A program made the translations under genes and the position numbers. Below, one piece after another: positions 53,783-62,290 of a stretch of 64,000 nt of DNA; position 1 is the first letter of the stretch; the number at the start of each line of letters is the position of its first letter. The stretch comes from an uncultured Actinomycetota bacterium. GTDB taxonomy: Bacteria > Actinomycetota > Actinomycetes > Mycobacteriales > QHCD01. The stretch is from NCBI GenBank assembly GCA_963775655.1, contig CAVZJT010000006.1, positions 123,940 to 187,939 on the forward strand, read 5' to 3'. The notes under the pieces were generated by a model. It saw only the letters and a list, made by a program, of their open reading frames with translations, did not search any database and was not told the origin of the DNA.

Positions 53783-54424
53783 TCACGCGACGGTGAAGCG
53801 CGCGCTGGGCTCGCCGTGCAGCAGACCTGCGGGCAGCCGCCGGCCGCACAGCACCAGAAGCAGGTCCTGCGCCGTCCCGGACAGCGGTGTCCCGGCACCG
53901 AACGACCAGTCGACGTCGTCGGCCCGCAACTCGACCCCGTCGAGGTCGGCGCCGAAGTATTTCAGCGTCTTGGGAGTCGAGAGGCCAACCAGGACGGTCC
54001 GCAGCCGGTCCTCGGGAACGCGCCGGCCGATGCCCAGCGGCACCGTGATGTCGAGCCCGTGGACGACGTCGTGCGTCAGGGCGCCTTCGAAGCCGCCGCC
54101 CGGCGGCTTCCAGGGATACGTCGCGTTGTCCCGCAACACCGAGACGAATTCGTCGGGCTCCATGGATGCGTCGCGGCGCGCGCAGCGGTCGGCCATCCGG
54201 TGGAACCGCCCGCCCGACCTGGCGATCTCGGCGACGAACCGCAGCGTCGAATACCGGAACGGCATCGTCATGTGCGCCACGACCTCACGTACCCGCCAGC
54301 CGGAGCACAGCGTCGGCATGTCCCAGCTCCGGTCGGGCAGGCCACCGAGCACGTCCGCCAGGTCGCGGCGCTCGGCCGCGATCATCGCGCGAACCTCGCT
54401 CTCCGTCGTCGTCGAACTCGTCAT
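53783..54424 (-). CDS. Mycothiol-dependent maleylpyruvate isomerase family protein
   Basis: AERRDLAD.L, W..PTLC.GW.VREVVAH, D.VVHGLDI. Confidence 0.88.
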   Translation of the reverse strand: MTSSTTTESEVRAMIAAERRDLADVLGGLPDRSWDMPTLCSGWRVREVVAHMTMPFRYSTLRFVAEIARSGGRFHRMADRCARRDASMEPDEFVSVLRDNATYPWKPPGGGFEGALTHDVVHGLDITVPLGIGRRVPEDRLRTVLVGLSTPKTLKYFGADLDGVELRADDVDWSFGAGTPLSGTAQDLLLVLCGRRLPAGLLHGEPSARFTVA

Positions 54425-54912
54425 GACGACGCCTCCTCGCCGACGACGTCGTCCTGCCGGGACCGGCGTACGAGCGTCGTGAGGTAGTCGGCGAAACGGT
54501 CCAGCGAGGTCGAGAAGCCGGCCTGCGCCTCGCGGCTGCGGAACGCCTCCGGCACGTTGACCTGGTGGATCCGCACCTCGGTGCGGGAGTCGCCTAGGTC
54601 GGAGAGCGTCGACGTGGTCGTCACACCGCTGTCGGTCTCGGTCCACACCAGACGCTCCGGCTCCACGACCTCGACGAAGACCGCGCGCGTCGGGTATCTG
54701 CTCCCGTCGTCGTCGTTCACCATGACCGTCTCGAACACTCCGCCCGGACGCGGATCGACGGTGATCTCGTCGATCGGGGCGCTCACCCCGGTCGGACCCC
54801 AGAAATGGGTCAGGTGCGCCGGTTCGATCAGGCACCGGAACACCAGTTCTCTGGGGGCGTCGAAGACCCGGGTGTAGACCAGCTCAGCCACCTCGGGGGT
54901 TGCATCGCTCAT
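54421..54912 (-). CDS. SRPBCC (AHSA1-like) domain protein
   Basis: TRVFDAPRELVF, FWGP, DPRPGG.F, EVVEPERLV. Confidence 0.9.
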   Translation of the reverse strand: MSDATPEVAELVYTRVFDAPRELVFRCLIEPAHLTHFWGPTGVSAPIDEITVDPRPGGVFETVMVNDDDGSRYPTRAVFVEVVEPERLVWTETDSGVTTTSTLSDLGDSRTEVRIHQVNVPEAFRSREAQAGFSTSLDRFADYLTTLVRRSRQDDVVGEEASS

Positions 54913-55274
54913 CGCTGTTGTCCTTTCCTGCTCCGTGATGGCGCTCGTTGAAGGGTGCGCAGGTGCGCGTCGAGCTTGTCGAACCGTTCGGTCCAGACCC
55001 GTCGGTTGTCCTCGATCCAGGTCAGCGCCGAGTCGAGGGCGTCCCGCTCGAGATGGCAGGGGCGGAACTGCGCCTGCCGGGTGCGCGAGATCAGGCCGCT
55101 CTGCTCGAGGACCTTCAGGTGCTTGGAGATGCCCGGCAGGCTCATGTCGAATGGCGCCGCCAACTCGTTGACCGTGGCATCCCCCTTCGCCAGGCGGGTC
55201 ACGATCGCCCGCCGGGTCGGGTCGGCCAGGGCCGTGAAGGTGGCATCGAGGCGGTCGTCCACCGTCGTCGTCAT
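54909..55274 (-). CDS. ArsR/SmtB-family regulator
   Basis: LD.TF.ALADPTRRAI, TVNELA.PF.MSLP.ISKHLKVLE..GLI, AQFRPC. Confidence 0.93.
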   Translation of the reverse strand: MTTTVDDRLDATFTALADPTRRAIVTRLAKGDATVNELAAPFDMSLPGISKHLKVLEQSGLISRTRQAQFRPCHLERDALDSALTWIEDNRRVWTERFDKLDAHLRTLQRAPSRSRKGQQR

Positions 55275-55280
55275 ACCGCT

Positions 55281-55318
55281 ACTTCACCACTTGGTTGATT
55301 AACTGTCAAGCTAAATAA
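55281..55318 (-). promoter_or_regulatory. AT-rich promoter/operator of the ArsR-SRPBCC operon
   Basis: On the - strand, TTGACA followed by the imperfect palindrome atCAACCAagTGGTGaa, resembling operators of ArsR-SRPBCC operons. Confidence 0.45.
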
Positions 55319-55357
55319 GCGACCGAGGCTGTCGTACGTCGGGGATACCGTCCCTTC

Positions 55358-55546
55358 GTGAGCGCCACCACCGTCCTGATCTGCGATCGGTGCGGAGTGC
55401 TGCTCATCCCGCCCCACCCGATGAATCCGCGGGAGATCCGGCTGTGGGCACGCAAGAGCCCAGATCGCGCCGACAACTGGATGACATCGATGCCCATCGG
55501 CGGCGTCGACATCTGCGTGGCCTGCAAGGTCGCGGCCGGTGCGTAG
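55358..55546 (+). CDS. Small CxxC...CxxC Zn-ribbon protein (phage-like)
   Basis: LICDRCG ... W ... VDICVAC; fills the gap between flanking genes. Confidence 0.5.
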   Translation: MSATTVLICDRCGVLLIPPHPMNPREIRLWARKSPDRADNWMTSMPIGGVDICVACKVAAGA

Positions 55547-55558
55547 GCCGGCCGAGCC

Positions 55559-56128
55559 CTAGCCCGCCCGCGGGGCCCGGTATTCCAGCAGCACGACGCC
55601 GGCGTCGAAGGCGATGGCCCGGGTCAGGCGCAGGCCGGCCGCCATCTTCTCGGGAAAGAGCCGCTCGCCGTACCCCTGTACGACGGGATAGACGAGGAGT
55701 CGGTAGACGTCGACGAGCCCGGTCGGCAGCAGGGATCGGACGAGCGTTGCGCTGCCGGTGACGACGATGTCCTTGCCAGGCAGCCGTTTGAGCGCCGCGA
55801 CCTCCTCCTCGACCGGCCCGCGCAGGATGGTGGAGTTCTCCCAGTCGGTGCGCTCGAGTGACGACGAGAAGACGTACTTGTCGACCCGGTTGAGGTAGTC
55901 GCTGATGCCCGTCCTGTCGTCGGTCTGTGCCGGCCAGTAGCCGAGGAACTCCTCGTAGGTGGTGCGGCCGAGCACGAGCGCGTCGGCGGCGTCGCGATGC
56001 TCGGTCACGGCGGCGATCATGTCGTCGTCCGAGGCAGCAGGGTCGAACCAGCCGTCCATCGGCGCGATGACGCCATCGAGGGAAATGTTCTCGGTGACCA
56101 CCAGATCGCGCATATCGGTCGGAGTCAT
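55559..56128 (-). CDS. Dihydrofolate reductase / RibD C-terminal family protein
   Basis: ISLDGVI, LGRTTYE, KYVFSS, GSATLV..L...GLVD, PVV.G.G.RLF. Confidence 0.9.
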   Translation of the reverse strand: MTPTDMRDLVVTENISLDGVIAPMDGWFDPAASDDDMIAAVTEHRDAADALVLGRTTYEEFLGYWPAQTDDRTGISDYLNRVDKYVFSSSLERTDWENSTILRGPVEEEVAALKRLPGKDIVVTGSATLVRSLLPTGLVDVYRLLVYPVVQGYGERLFPEKMAAGLRLTRAIAFDAGVVLLEYRAPRAG

Positions 56129-56190
56129 GGGAACTGTGACTGTGGACGCCGCGGAAATTCATCGGTGCAGTCGCGCGATCGGGTCAGAAC

Positions 56191-56212
56191 TGTCGGACCC
56201 CGCGCGTAGGTT
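56191..56212 (+). promoter_or_regulatory. PafBC-type (RecA-NDp) promoter of the VOC gene
   Basis: TGTCGG-N10-TAGGTT, 6 nt before ATG 56219. Confidence 0.6.
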
Positions 56213-56218
56213 CCGGCC

Positions 56219-56590
56219 ATGGATTGGAAACTCGAGCTCGTACCCGTCCCCGTCACCGATGTCGATCGCGCGAAGGCCTTCTACGTCGATCAGGTCGGCT
56301 TCAACGCCGATCACGACTTCCAGGTCAACGAAGAGCTGCGCTTCGTGCAGCTCACCCCGCCCGGTTCCGCGTGTTCCATCTGCATGGGCACCGGAATCAC
56401 CACGATGACACCGGGCTCGCAGCAAGGCCTGCAGATCGTCGTGGATGATGCCGCGGCTGCCCGCAGCGAGCTCGCCGGCCGCGGGGTCAAGGTCAGTGAC
56501 ATCGACGTGCAGGACTGGGGCACGTTCGTCTATTTCGCCGACCCGGACGGCAACACCTGGTCGCTGCAGCAGGTGCCACAGCGGCCGTAG
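56219..56590 (+). CDS. VOC/glyoxalase (bleomycin-resistance) family protein
   Basis: LELV.VPV.DVDRAKAFY, RFVQLTPPGSACSI, F.DPDGN.W. Confidence 0.92.
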   Translation: MDWKLELVPVPVTDVDRAKAFYVDQVGFNADHDFQVNEELRFVQLTPPGSACSICMGTGITTMTPGSQQGLQIVVDDAAAARSELAGRGVKVSDIDVQDWGTFVYFADPDGNTWSLQQVPQRP

Positions 56591-56612
56591 CACCGGCGGG
56601 CCACGCGATCCC

Positions 56613-57437
56613 TCACGTCCCGCTGTCGGAACGGAAGATCGGCCAGCCGATCTCGGTCTCCCAGGCGTCTTCGTCCAGGGTGTCGTGCGAGTCGCGCAGG
56701 TAGTACTCCCGCAGTGGGCCGTCGACGCTGATCTCGTGGCCGGTCGCGTAGGACCCGAGCTTGCCGTAGGTGAGGTCGACGTCGGTCAGCGATCCGTGAT
56801 GAGTCATGACCGCCAGCTCGACGGCGGGTACCACCAGGGGAACGACCCGGCCGATCGGCCGGACCGTCCCCTCGACCGGGATGAAGACGGTCGCCGCACC
56901 GCTGTCATGCTGGTACAGATCGCTCGAGTAGAGCCCGCCGCTCGGCCCGGTGGCGTGCAGACGCTGTGCGTGGACGGTCGCATGCAGCTCGCCCAGAGCT
57001 CCCTGCCACCACGAAAGGATGTCGTCGCGGGCGACGACCTGCGCGATACCGACCGCCGGGGTCGCGGGGACCGTTCGGTGCTCGACCGGAGCGGTGGTCT
57101 CCGGCCGCTCCAGAAGCGTGCGCAGCGAATCGGTCGCGCCCCGGGTCCGGGCCAGCTCGGCCTCCAACCGGTCGAGGTGCGTGGCGATGAGGGCATTTCG
57201 GGTCGGTGCATCGGGTGCGAGGAGCACGGCCTTCACGTCGGCCACCGGCATGTCCAGATCCCGGAGCCGCCGGATGACCTGCGCCGTCGGGATCTGCGCA
57301 TGCGCGTAGTACCGGTAGCCCGTATGCGGGTTGATCTCCGCCGGCACGAGCAGGCCGACCTGGTGGTAGTGCCGGAGCATCTTGACGCTCAGGTGCGTCA
57401 TCCGGGAAAAGTCGCCGACTGTGAGCGCTGCCGCCAT
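56613..57437 (-). CDS. MerR-family regulator with GyrI-like effector domain
   Basis: GDFSRMTHLSVK.LRHYH..GLL.P...TGYRYY; C-terminal GP.REYY...TEIGWP. Confidence 0.92.
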   Translation of the reverse strand: MAAALTVGDFSRMTHLSVKMLRHYHQVGLLVPAEINPHTGYRYYAHAQIPTAQVIRRLRDLDMPVADVKAVLLAPDAPTRNALIATHLDRLEAELARTRGATDSLRTLLERPETTAPVEHRTVPATPAVGIAQVVARDDILSWWQGALGELHATVHAQRLHATGPSGGLYSSDLYQHDSGAATVFIPVEGTVRPIGRVVPLVVPAVELAVMTHHGSLTDVDLTYGKLGSYATGHEISVDGPLREYYLRDSHDTLDEDAWETEIGWPIFRSDSGT

Positions 57438-57443
57438 GCCGCC

Positions 57444-57520
57444 AGTGTCGACTCTCCCCCTGTGGGAGGGTCAAGCGGCCGTCGTGGGCTTGACCCTCCC
57501 GTGGGGAGAGCGGTGAGCGT
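57444..57520. promoter_or_regulatory. Back-to-back MerR-type promoters with 19-bp spacers
   Basis: - strand TTGACC-ctcccacagggggagagtc-GACACT; + strand TTGACC-ctcccgtggggagagcggt-GAGCGT; each spacer holds a CTCCC...GGGAG dyad. Confidence 0.75.
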
Positions 57521-57568
57521 GGACCTGTCGCCGACCGGCAACGTCACCACACTCGGAGGAGCACGACC

Positions 57569-57934
57569 ATGACCACCGCATACCACCTGACCGGCGTACT
57601 GGCCCAGCACGTCGCCGCTGTCAACGCCTTCGACGAGGACGCGATCGTCGCGACGTTCGCCGACGATGCCCTCGTCAACGACGCGCATCGGGAGTTCTGG
57701 GGCACCGAGGCGATCCGGCGCTGGGTCGCGAAGGAGATGGTCGGCGACAAGGTCACTCTGGAGGTCGTCGAGGTCGTCGACCACTATGGCGACACGATCG
57801 TGCGCGCCCGCTACGACGGCGAGTACGACAAGACCAATCTGCCCGCCGAGCTGATCATGAGCAACTACTTCACCGTCCGGGACGACAAGATCGTCCGCCT
57901 GATGGTCATCCACAACACGGCGGCCGACTATTGA
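57569..57934 (+). CDS. SnoaL/NTF2-like protein
   Basis: AVNAFD.DAI.ATFADDALVND, G.YDKT.LP, F.VRD.KI..L; SD GGAGG. Confidence 0.88.
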   Translation: MTTAYHLTGVLAQHVAAVNAFDEDAIVATFADDALVNDAHREFWGTEAIRRWVAKEMVGDKVTLEVVEVVDHYGDTIVRARYDGEYDKTNLPAELIMSNYFTVRDDKIVRLMVIHNTAADY

Positions 57935-57938
57935 GAGC

Positions 57939-58043
57939 ATGAGAAGAGTGATCGCGGCCTTCGTGGCCTTCCTCCTCAGTGACGAGGCCCGATTCATCAC
58001 CGGCGGCGCTCTCGCGATCGACGGGGGCGCCACCGCCGGCTGA
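57939..58043 (+). pseudogene. C-terminal remnant of an SDR oxidoreductase
   Basis: 34 aa reading IAAFVAFLLSDEARFITGGALAIDGG, the classic SDR tail, with no catalytic or NAD-binding part. Confidence 0.75.
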
Positions 58044-60041
58044 TCAGTGGCGTTCGATCTTCCCGGCGAAGCGGTAGGTCAGCTCGGCCGCGGCGGCGGT
58101 GACGTCGTACCAGCCGTCGGCCGTGGGCCAGTCGACGCGCACCGTGTGGCCGGAGCGGACCTCGACGGTGCGCTCCTCGTCGCCGAAGTCGTTGGCGCGC
58201 AGCGTGAACCGGGCCGTCCTGCGGTTTCTGTTCAACAGGCGAAGCTGAAGGGATCGCCGTTGGTCGGTCTGCAGCCGGCACGACACGGCGGTGCCACCGG
58301 TGTCGCTGCCGGCGAAGGCGCGCAGGAACCCGTTGGGGCCGTGCAGTTCGACGTCGTAGTGTCCGTCGCTGGTGGCCAGGTGCCAGTCCGCGGAGGATCT
58401 TCCGCCCACCATCAGCGGTGTGGCGGTGATGTCGGCGGCCAGCTTGTCGTAGCCGAGCAGCGACACGGCCTCCGAACCGGCGTTATCGGCCCGGACCGTG
58501 AGCGTGTGGCCGCCCACATCGGCGTCCGCCGTCACCTGGTAGGGCAGGTCGCGCTGCCGGCGACTGGCGAATTCCGGCTTGGGTCGGTGTTGCTGACCCG
58601 TCGCCGGTGGGGTGGTCTGCGGCAGCGACTTCTCCGCGTCCGCGATGCGTACGAGCGCTGCCGTGTCGGGCAGGGTCGGAACGCTCGGGTCGTGGTGGGT
58701 GAAGTCGAAGCAGCCGGTGAGGTCGCCGCACACCTCGCGTCGCCACCCGGAGATGTTCGGCTCGTGGACTCCGGTGAGCACCTCGAGGAATCGGATGATC
58801 GAGGTGTGGTCGGCCACCTGCGAGTCGACCCAACCGCCGCGGCTCCAGGGTGAGACGACGGTCATCGGCACCCGCGGCCCGAGACCGATCGGCAGCCCGG
58901 CCACGTATTCGCCCGGCGTTCCGGTCGCCGGGAACGGCGCCAAAATGTGGTCGAAGAAGCCGTCGTTCTCGTCGAAGTTCAGGAAGACGACGCTGGATTC
59001 CCACAGCTTCTCGTTCGACCACAGCGCTTCCAGCACCCGGTTGGTGTAGTTCGCGCCGTCGACCGGGCGGGCCTGTGGATGCTCGCTGTAGGCGTACGGC
59101 GCGACGACCCAGGACACGGTGGGCAGCGACCCGGCCCGGCAGTCCGCGATGAACTGCTCGAGCACGTGGTCCACGTCGTGGCCCTTGCCCGAATCCGGTT
59201 TCCAGCTGGCGCGCAGGCTCGCTCGCTGAGCGAGCCGCCGCCGTTTCGGGTCGGACGAGGCGAGCGCGTCGTGGTAGGCCTGGAAGAGCCACAGCGGGTT
59301 GTCGCCGTAGTCGCCGACGTAGCCGTCGGCCCCGTCGCCGACCTCGTCGTTGGCGTAGACCTGCCAGCTGACACCGGCCGCCTCGAGGCGTTCCGGGTAC
59401 GTCGTCCAGTTGTAGACCGGCAGGTAGTCGGCGGGGTTGGAGATCGCCGGCCCGCCGGCGGAGCCGGCCGGGTCGATGGTGCCGGTCCAGTGGTAAAGCC
59501 GGTTCGGCGTCGTCGGACCCTGGATCGAGCAGTGGTAGTGGTCGCAGATCGTGAAGGCGTCGGCGAGTGCGTACTGCCAGGGGATGTCGGATCGGGTGAA
59601 GAACCCCATGGTCTCCTCGCCCTTGGCGGCGACCCATCGGTTCCAGGCGCCGGCGTTCCACGCCTCATGCGTCCCTTCCCAGCTGTGGTCGAGGTCGCCC
59701 GCTTCCTGGGAGTCGAACCGAGCGGTGTCCATGCGCCACGGCAGCAGCGTTCCGCCGTCGGTGCGCGTCACATCCGGCTGAGTCAGTACGTCGGCGCCGC
59801 CGGGATAGGTCAGCAACCGCTTGTCATCGAGGCTACGGACGCCGCCGAGGGACCCGTAGTAGTGGTCGAACGAGCGGTTCTCCTGCATCAGCACGATGAC
59901 GTGCTTGACGTCGGCGATCGTGCCTGAGCGGCCGCCGTGGGTCGCGGCCGAGGCGCGAGCAGGGCTGAGTCCGGCGACCGCCGCGCCGCCTGCCACCGCT
60001 GCACTGCCGGAGAGGAACCGTCGTCGGGAGACACCAGTCAT
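58044..60041 (-). CDS. Tat-secreted phospholipase C (phosphoesterase family)
   Basis: SRRRFL Tat motif, MQENRSFDHY, TICD.YHCS..GPT.PNR, DENDGFFDH, GLGPRVP..VVSPWS; C-terminal DUF756-like repeats. Confidence 0.92.
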   Translation of the reverse strand: MTGVSRRRFLSGSAAVAGGAAVAGLSPARASAATHGGRSGTIADVKHVIVLMQENRSFDHYYGSLGGVRSLDDKRLLTYPGGADVLTQPDVTRTDGGTLLPWRMDTARFDSQEAGDLDHSWEGTHEAWNAGAWNRWVAAKGEETMGFFTRSDIPWQYALADAFTICDHYHCSIQGPTTPNRLYHWTGTIDPAGSAGGPAISNPADYLPVYNWTTYPERLEAAGVSWQVYANDEVGDGADGYVGDYGDNPLWLFQAYHDALASSDPKRRRLAQRASLRASWKPDSGKGHDVDHVLEQFIADCRAGSLPTVSWVVAPYAYSEHPQARPVDGANYTNRVLEALWSNEKLWESSVVFLNFDENDGFFDHILAPFPATGTPGEYVAGLPIGLGPRVPMTVVSPWSRGGWVDSQVADHTSIIRFLEVLTGVHEPNISGWRREVCGDLTGCFDFTHHDPSVPTLPDTAALVRIADAEKSLPQTTPPATGQQHRPKPEFASRRQRDLPYQVTADADVGGHTLTVRADNAGSEAVSLLGYDKLAADITATPLMVGGRSSADWHLATSDGHYDVELHGPNGFLRAFAGSDTGGTAVSCRLQTDQRRSLQLRLLNRNRRTARFTLRANDFGDEERTVEVRSGHTVRVDWPTADGWYDVTAAAAELTYRFAGKIERH

Positions 60042-60114
60042 GGCGCGTACTAAACCCACTCAGATCGAACGTGCTGCAACGGACGCGTGAACATTCCGGG
60101 CCGCGGGAGTCGCC

Positions 60115-60152
60115 GAAATCCGGTTGGCGGTCGGCTGGGACGCGGTTAGCGT
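60115..60152 (+). promoter_or_regulatory. WhiB7/WblC-type promoter
   Basis: GAAATC-N3-TTGGCG-N17-TAGCGT. Confidence 0.55.
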
Positions 60153-60183
60153 GGTGATCACCTGCTGCCGAGCGAGAGGAGCC

Positions 60184-60264
60184 ATGACGATGACTGTTCT
60201 TTCGCATGCCCTCCGTCCCGCCGGTTCCGCGTCCGGCGTGCGGGTCGTCGCGCACACGCGCTGA
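60184..60264 (+). CDS. Putative leader peptide upstream of rsgA
   Basis: SD GAGGAG then MTMTVLSHALRPAGSASGVRVVAHTR*, ending 40 nt before the rsgA start. Confidence 0.45.
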   Translation: MTMTVLSHALRPAGSASGVRVVAHTR

Positions 60265-60304
60265 GACGGCTCGGTCGCCGACGCCTCCTTCCAGGAGCAC
60301 AGCA

Positions 60305-61345
60305 GTGACCGAAAGCCTCTCCGCCCTCGGGTGGAACCCTGATCTCGCCGAGCAGTTCGCCACCACCGCGCCACCCGGGTGCGTCCCCGGCCGGGTCGGC
60401 CGGATCGACCGCGGTGGTTTGCTCGTCCACACCGGCTCCGACGTCGTGGCCGCGGTCCCCGCCGGCCGGCTCTTCCGCGACGACGACACCGACCGGCTCG
60501 CGGTCGGCGACTGGGTGGTGCTCGACGATCGGCGGGTCATCGCGATCCTGCCGCGGCGCACTGTCCTGACCCGCCAGGACAGCGGCGGCGCCGCGGTCGA
60601 GGCACCCGTCGCGGCCAACGTCGACATCGTCCTCGTCGTCATCGCCCTGGACGCCGCGCTGCGCCTCGGTCGGCTCGAGCGTTACGTCGCCTTCGCCTGG
60701 GGCTCGGGAGCGACGCCCGTCGTCGTCCTGAACAAGGCCGACCGCTGTCCGGACGTGCCGGGTGCGGTCAGCGAGGCCGAGACGGTCGCGGTGGGCGCGG
60801 CGGTGCACGCGGTCAGCGCCCACGACGGCACCGGACTCGACGAGCTGCGGACCTACGTCGAGGACGGCTCGACCGCCGCACTGATCGGCCCCTCCGGCGT
60901 CGGCAAGTCCACCATCGTCAACCGCTTGACAGCCACCGAGGCCAGCCCGACCACCGAGATCCGGGCCGACGGCAAGGGCCGGCACACCACGACCTGGCGC
61001 GAACTCGTCCCGCTGTCCGGCGGCGGCGTACTCCTCGACACACCGGGCCTGCGCGGACTCGCCCTATGGGACTCCGGCGACGGCGTCGACGCCACCTTCG
61101 CCGATATCGGGGAGCTCATCGAGAACTGCCGCTTCACCGACTGCGCACACAAATCCGAGCCGGGTTGCGCGGTGCTGGGTGCGGTCGAGGCCGGCACGCT
61201 CGCGCCGGAGCGGCTGGGGCGATACCGCAAGCTGTTGCGGGAGGAGGCCTGGCTGGCGGGCCGTCGAGACGCCCGCGCTCGCGCCGCCGAGTCCGCGCGC
61301 ATGCGTCGCTTCTCCCGCGAAATACGCCACCAGCCGCACCGCTGA
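60305..61345 (+). CDS. rsgA: Ribosome small subunit-dependent GTPase A family
   Basis: AVGDWV, AANVD, LNKAD, GPSGVGKST, GRHTTT, DTPG, C.F.DC.H..EPGC. Confidence 0.92.
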   Translation: MTESLSALGWNPDLAEQFATTAPPGCVPGRVGRIDRGGLLVHTGSDVVAAVPAGRLFRDDDTDRLAVGDWVVLDDRRVIAILPRRTVLTRQDSGGAAVEAPVAANVDIVLVVIALDAALRLGRLERYVAFAWGSGATPVVVLNKADRCPDVPGAVSEAETVAVGAAVHAVSAHDGTGLDELRTYVEDGSTAALIGPSGVGKSTIVNRLTATEASPTTEIRADGKGRHTTTWRELVPLSGGGVLLDTPGLRGLALWDSGDGVDATFADIGELIENCRFTDCAHKSEPGCAVLGAVEAGTLAPERLGRYRKLLREEAWLAGRRDARARAAESARMRRFSREIRHQPHR

Positions 61346-61396
61346 GCCACCAGGAACTCCTTGTGCCGGACCGCCGGCCGTGGTGGGCTGACCGAC

Positions 61397-61807
61397 ATGG
61401 AGATCGCAAAGGCGCAGGACTTCCTGCGGACGAATCATCGCGGCGTACTGAGCACCGTTCGGTCGAGTGGTGGCGTGCAGCTCTCGCCCGTGACCGCCAC
61501 GGTCGACGACGGCGGCGCGGTGGTCATCAGCAGCCGCGAGCCGGCGTACAAGGTCCGCAACCTGCGCCGCGATCCGCGGGCGTCCTACTGCGCTCTCAAT
61601 GACGGCTTCTTCGGCGAGTGGCTGCAGATCGACGGTCGCGCCGAGATCGTGCCGCTACCCGAAGCGATGGACGGCCTGGTCGACTACTACCGGTCGATCT
61701 CCGGTGAACACGATGACTGGGACGACTACCGCGCCGCCATGAATGCGCAGCGTCGGGTCCTGATCCGGATCGTCATCGAGCGCGCCGGTCCGGACCGATC
61801 CGGCTGA
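61397..61807 (+). CDS. PPOX-class F420-dependent oxidoreductase
   Basis: VLST.R..G..QLSPV, KVRNLRRDPR, YYR.ISGEH.DW.DYR.AM. Confidence 0.9.
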   Translation: MEIAKAQDFLRTNHRGVLSTVRSSGGVQLSPVTATVDDGGAVVISSREPAYKVRNLRRDPRASYCALNDGFFGEWLQIDGRAEIVPLPEAMDGLVDYYRSISGEHDDWDDYRAAMNAQRRVLIRIVIERAGPDRSG

Positions 61808-62051
61808 CTCCCCGTACCGCTTCCATCCGAGGCTCGGCGCCCGGCGCACCGGGTCGACGGGCGGCCGGCTCGACGTAGGACGCTCTACTCGCATGAATCG
61901 CGCCCAGGTGCGAGTACAGCGTCCGATGTCGACCACCCCGAGCCACTCGGCGTCGACATCGTGCGTCCTACTCGCACAGATGGCTCCCCGATGCGAGTAC
62001 GGCGCACGACGTCGCCGGCGCTCGACTCGGTTTCGCCGCCAACGTCGGCGT

Positions 62052-62274
62052 CGGCAGCCGGTACGCGACGCCGCGAAGCTGGTGTTCCTACCGGCCCGAT
62101 TTCTACGGCGCCCAGGCGAAGGCGTTCACCCATGAGGCGATGCGCGGGCCGTCCGCCTGGTCGGTGGCCGACCGAGAACTGATGGCAGCCTTCGTGTCGA
62201 AGGTCGACCAGTCCGCCTTCTGCATCGGCGCACACAGCGCGACCGCGGGCCTGCTCAAACGGGGTTACCGATAG
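62052..62274 (+). pseudogene. Carboxymuconolactone decarboxylase/AhpD-family fragment
   Basis: PV.DAAKLVF[extra C]YRPDFYG...THEAMRGPSAWSV.DRELMAAFVSKV..SAFCIGAH, then an early stop; no proper N-terminus. Confidence 0.6.
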
Positions 62275-62290
62275 CGCTGCAGCCCCGGGC

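Noticed and set aside
56140-56147. GTCCACAG on the - strand upstream of the DHFR-like gene as a regulon member
   Set aside because: It is only 18 nt from the start, has no YAnnnT 45 nt downstream, and falls inside an ECF-type promoter spacer.
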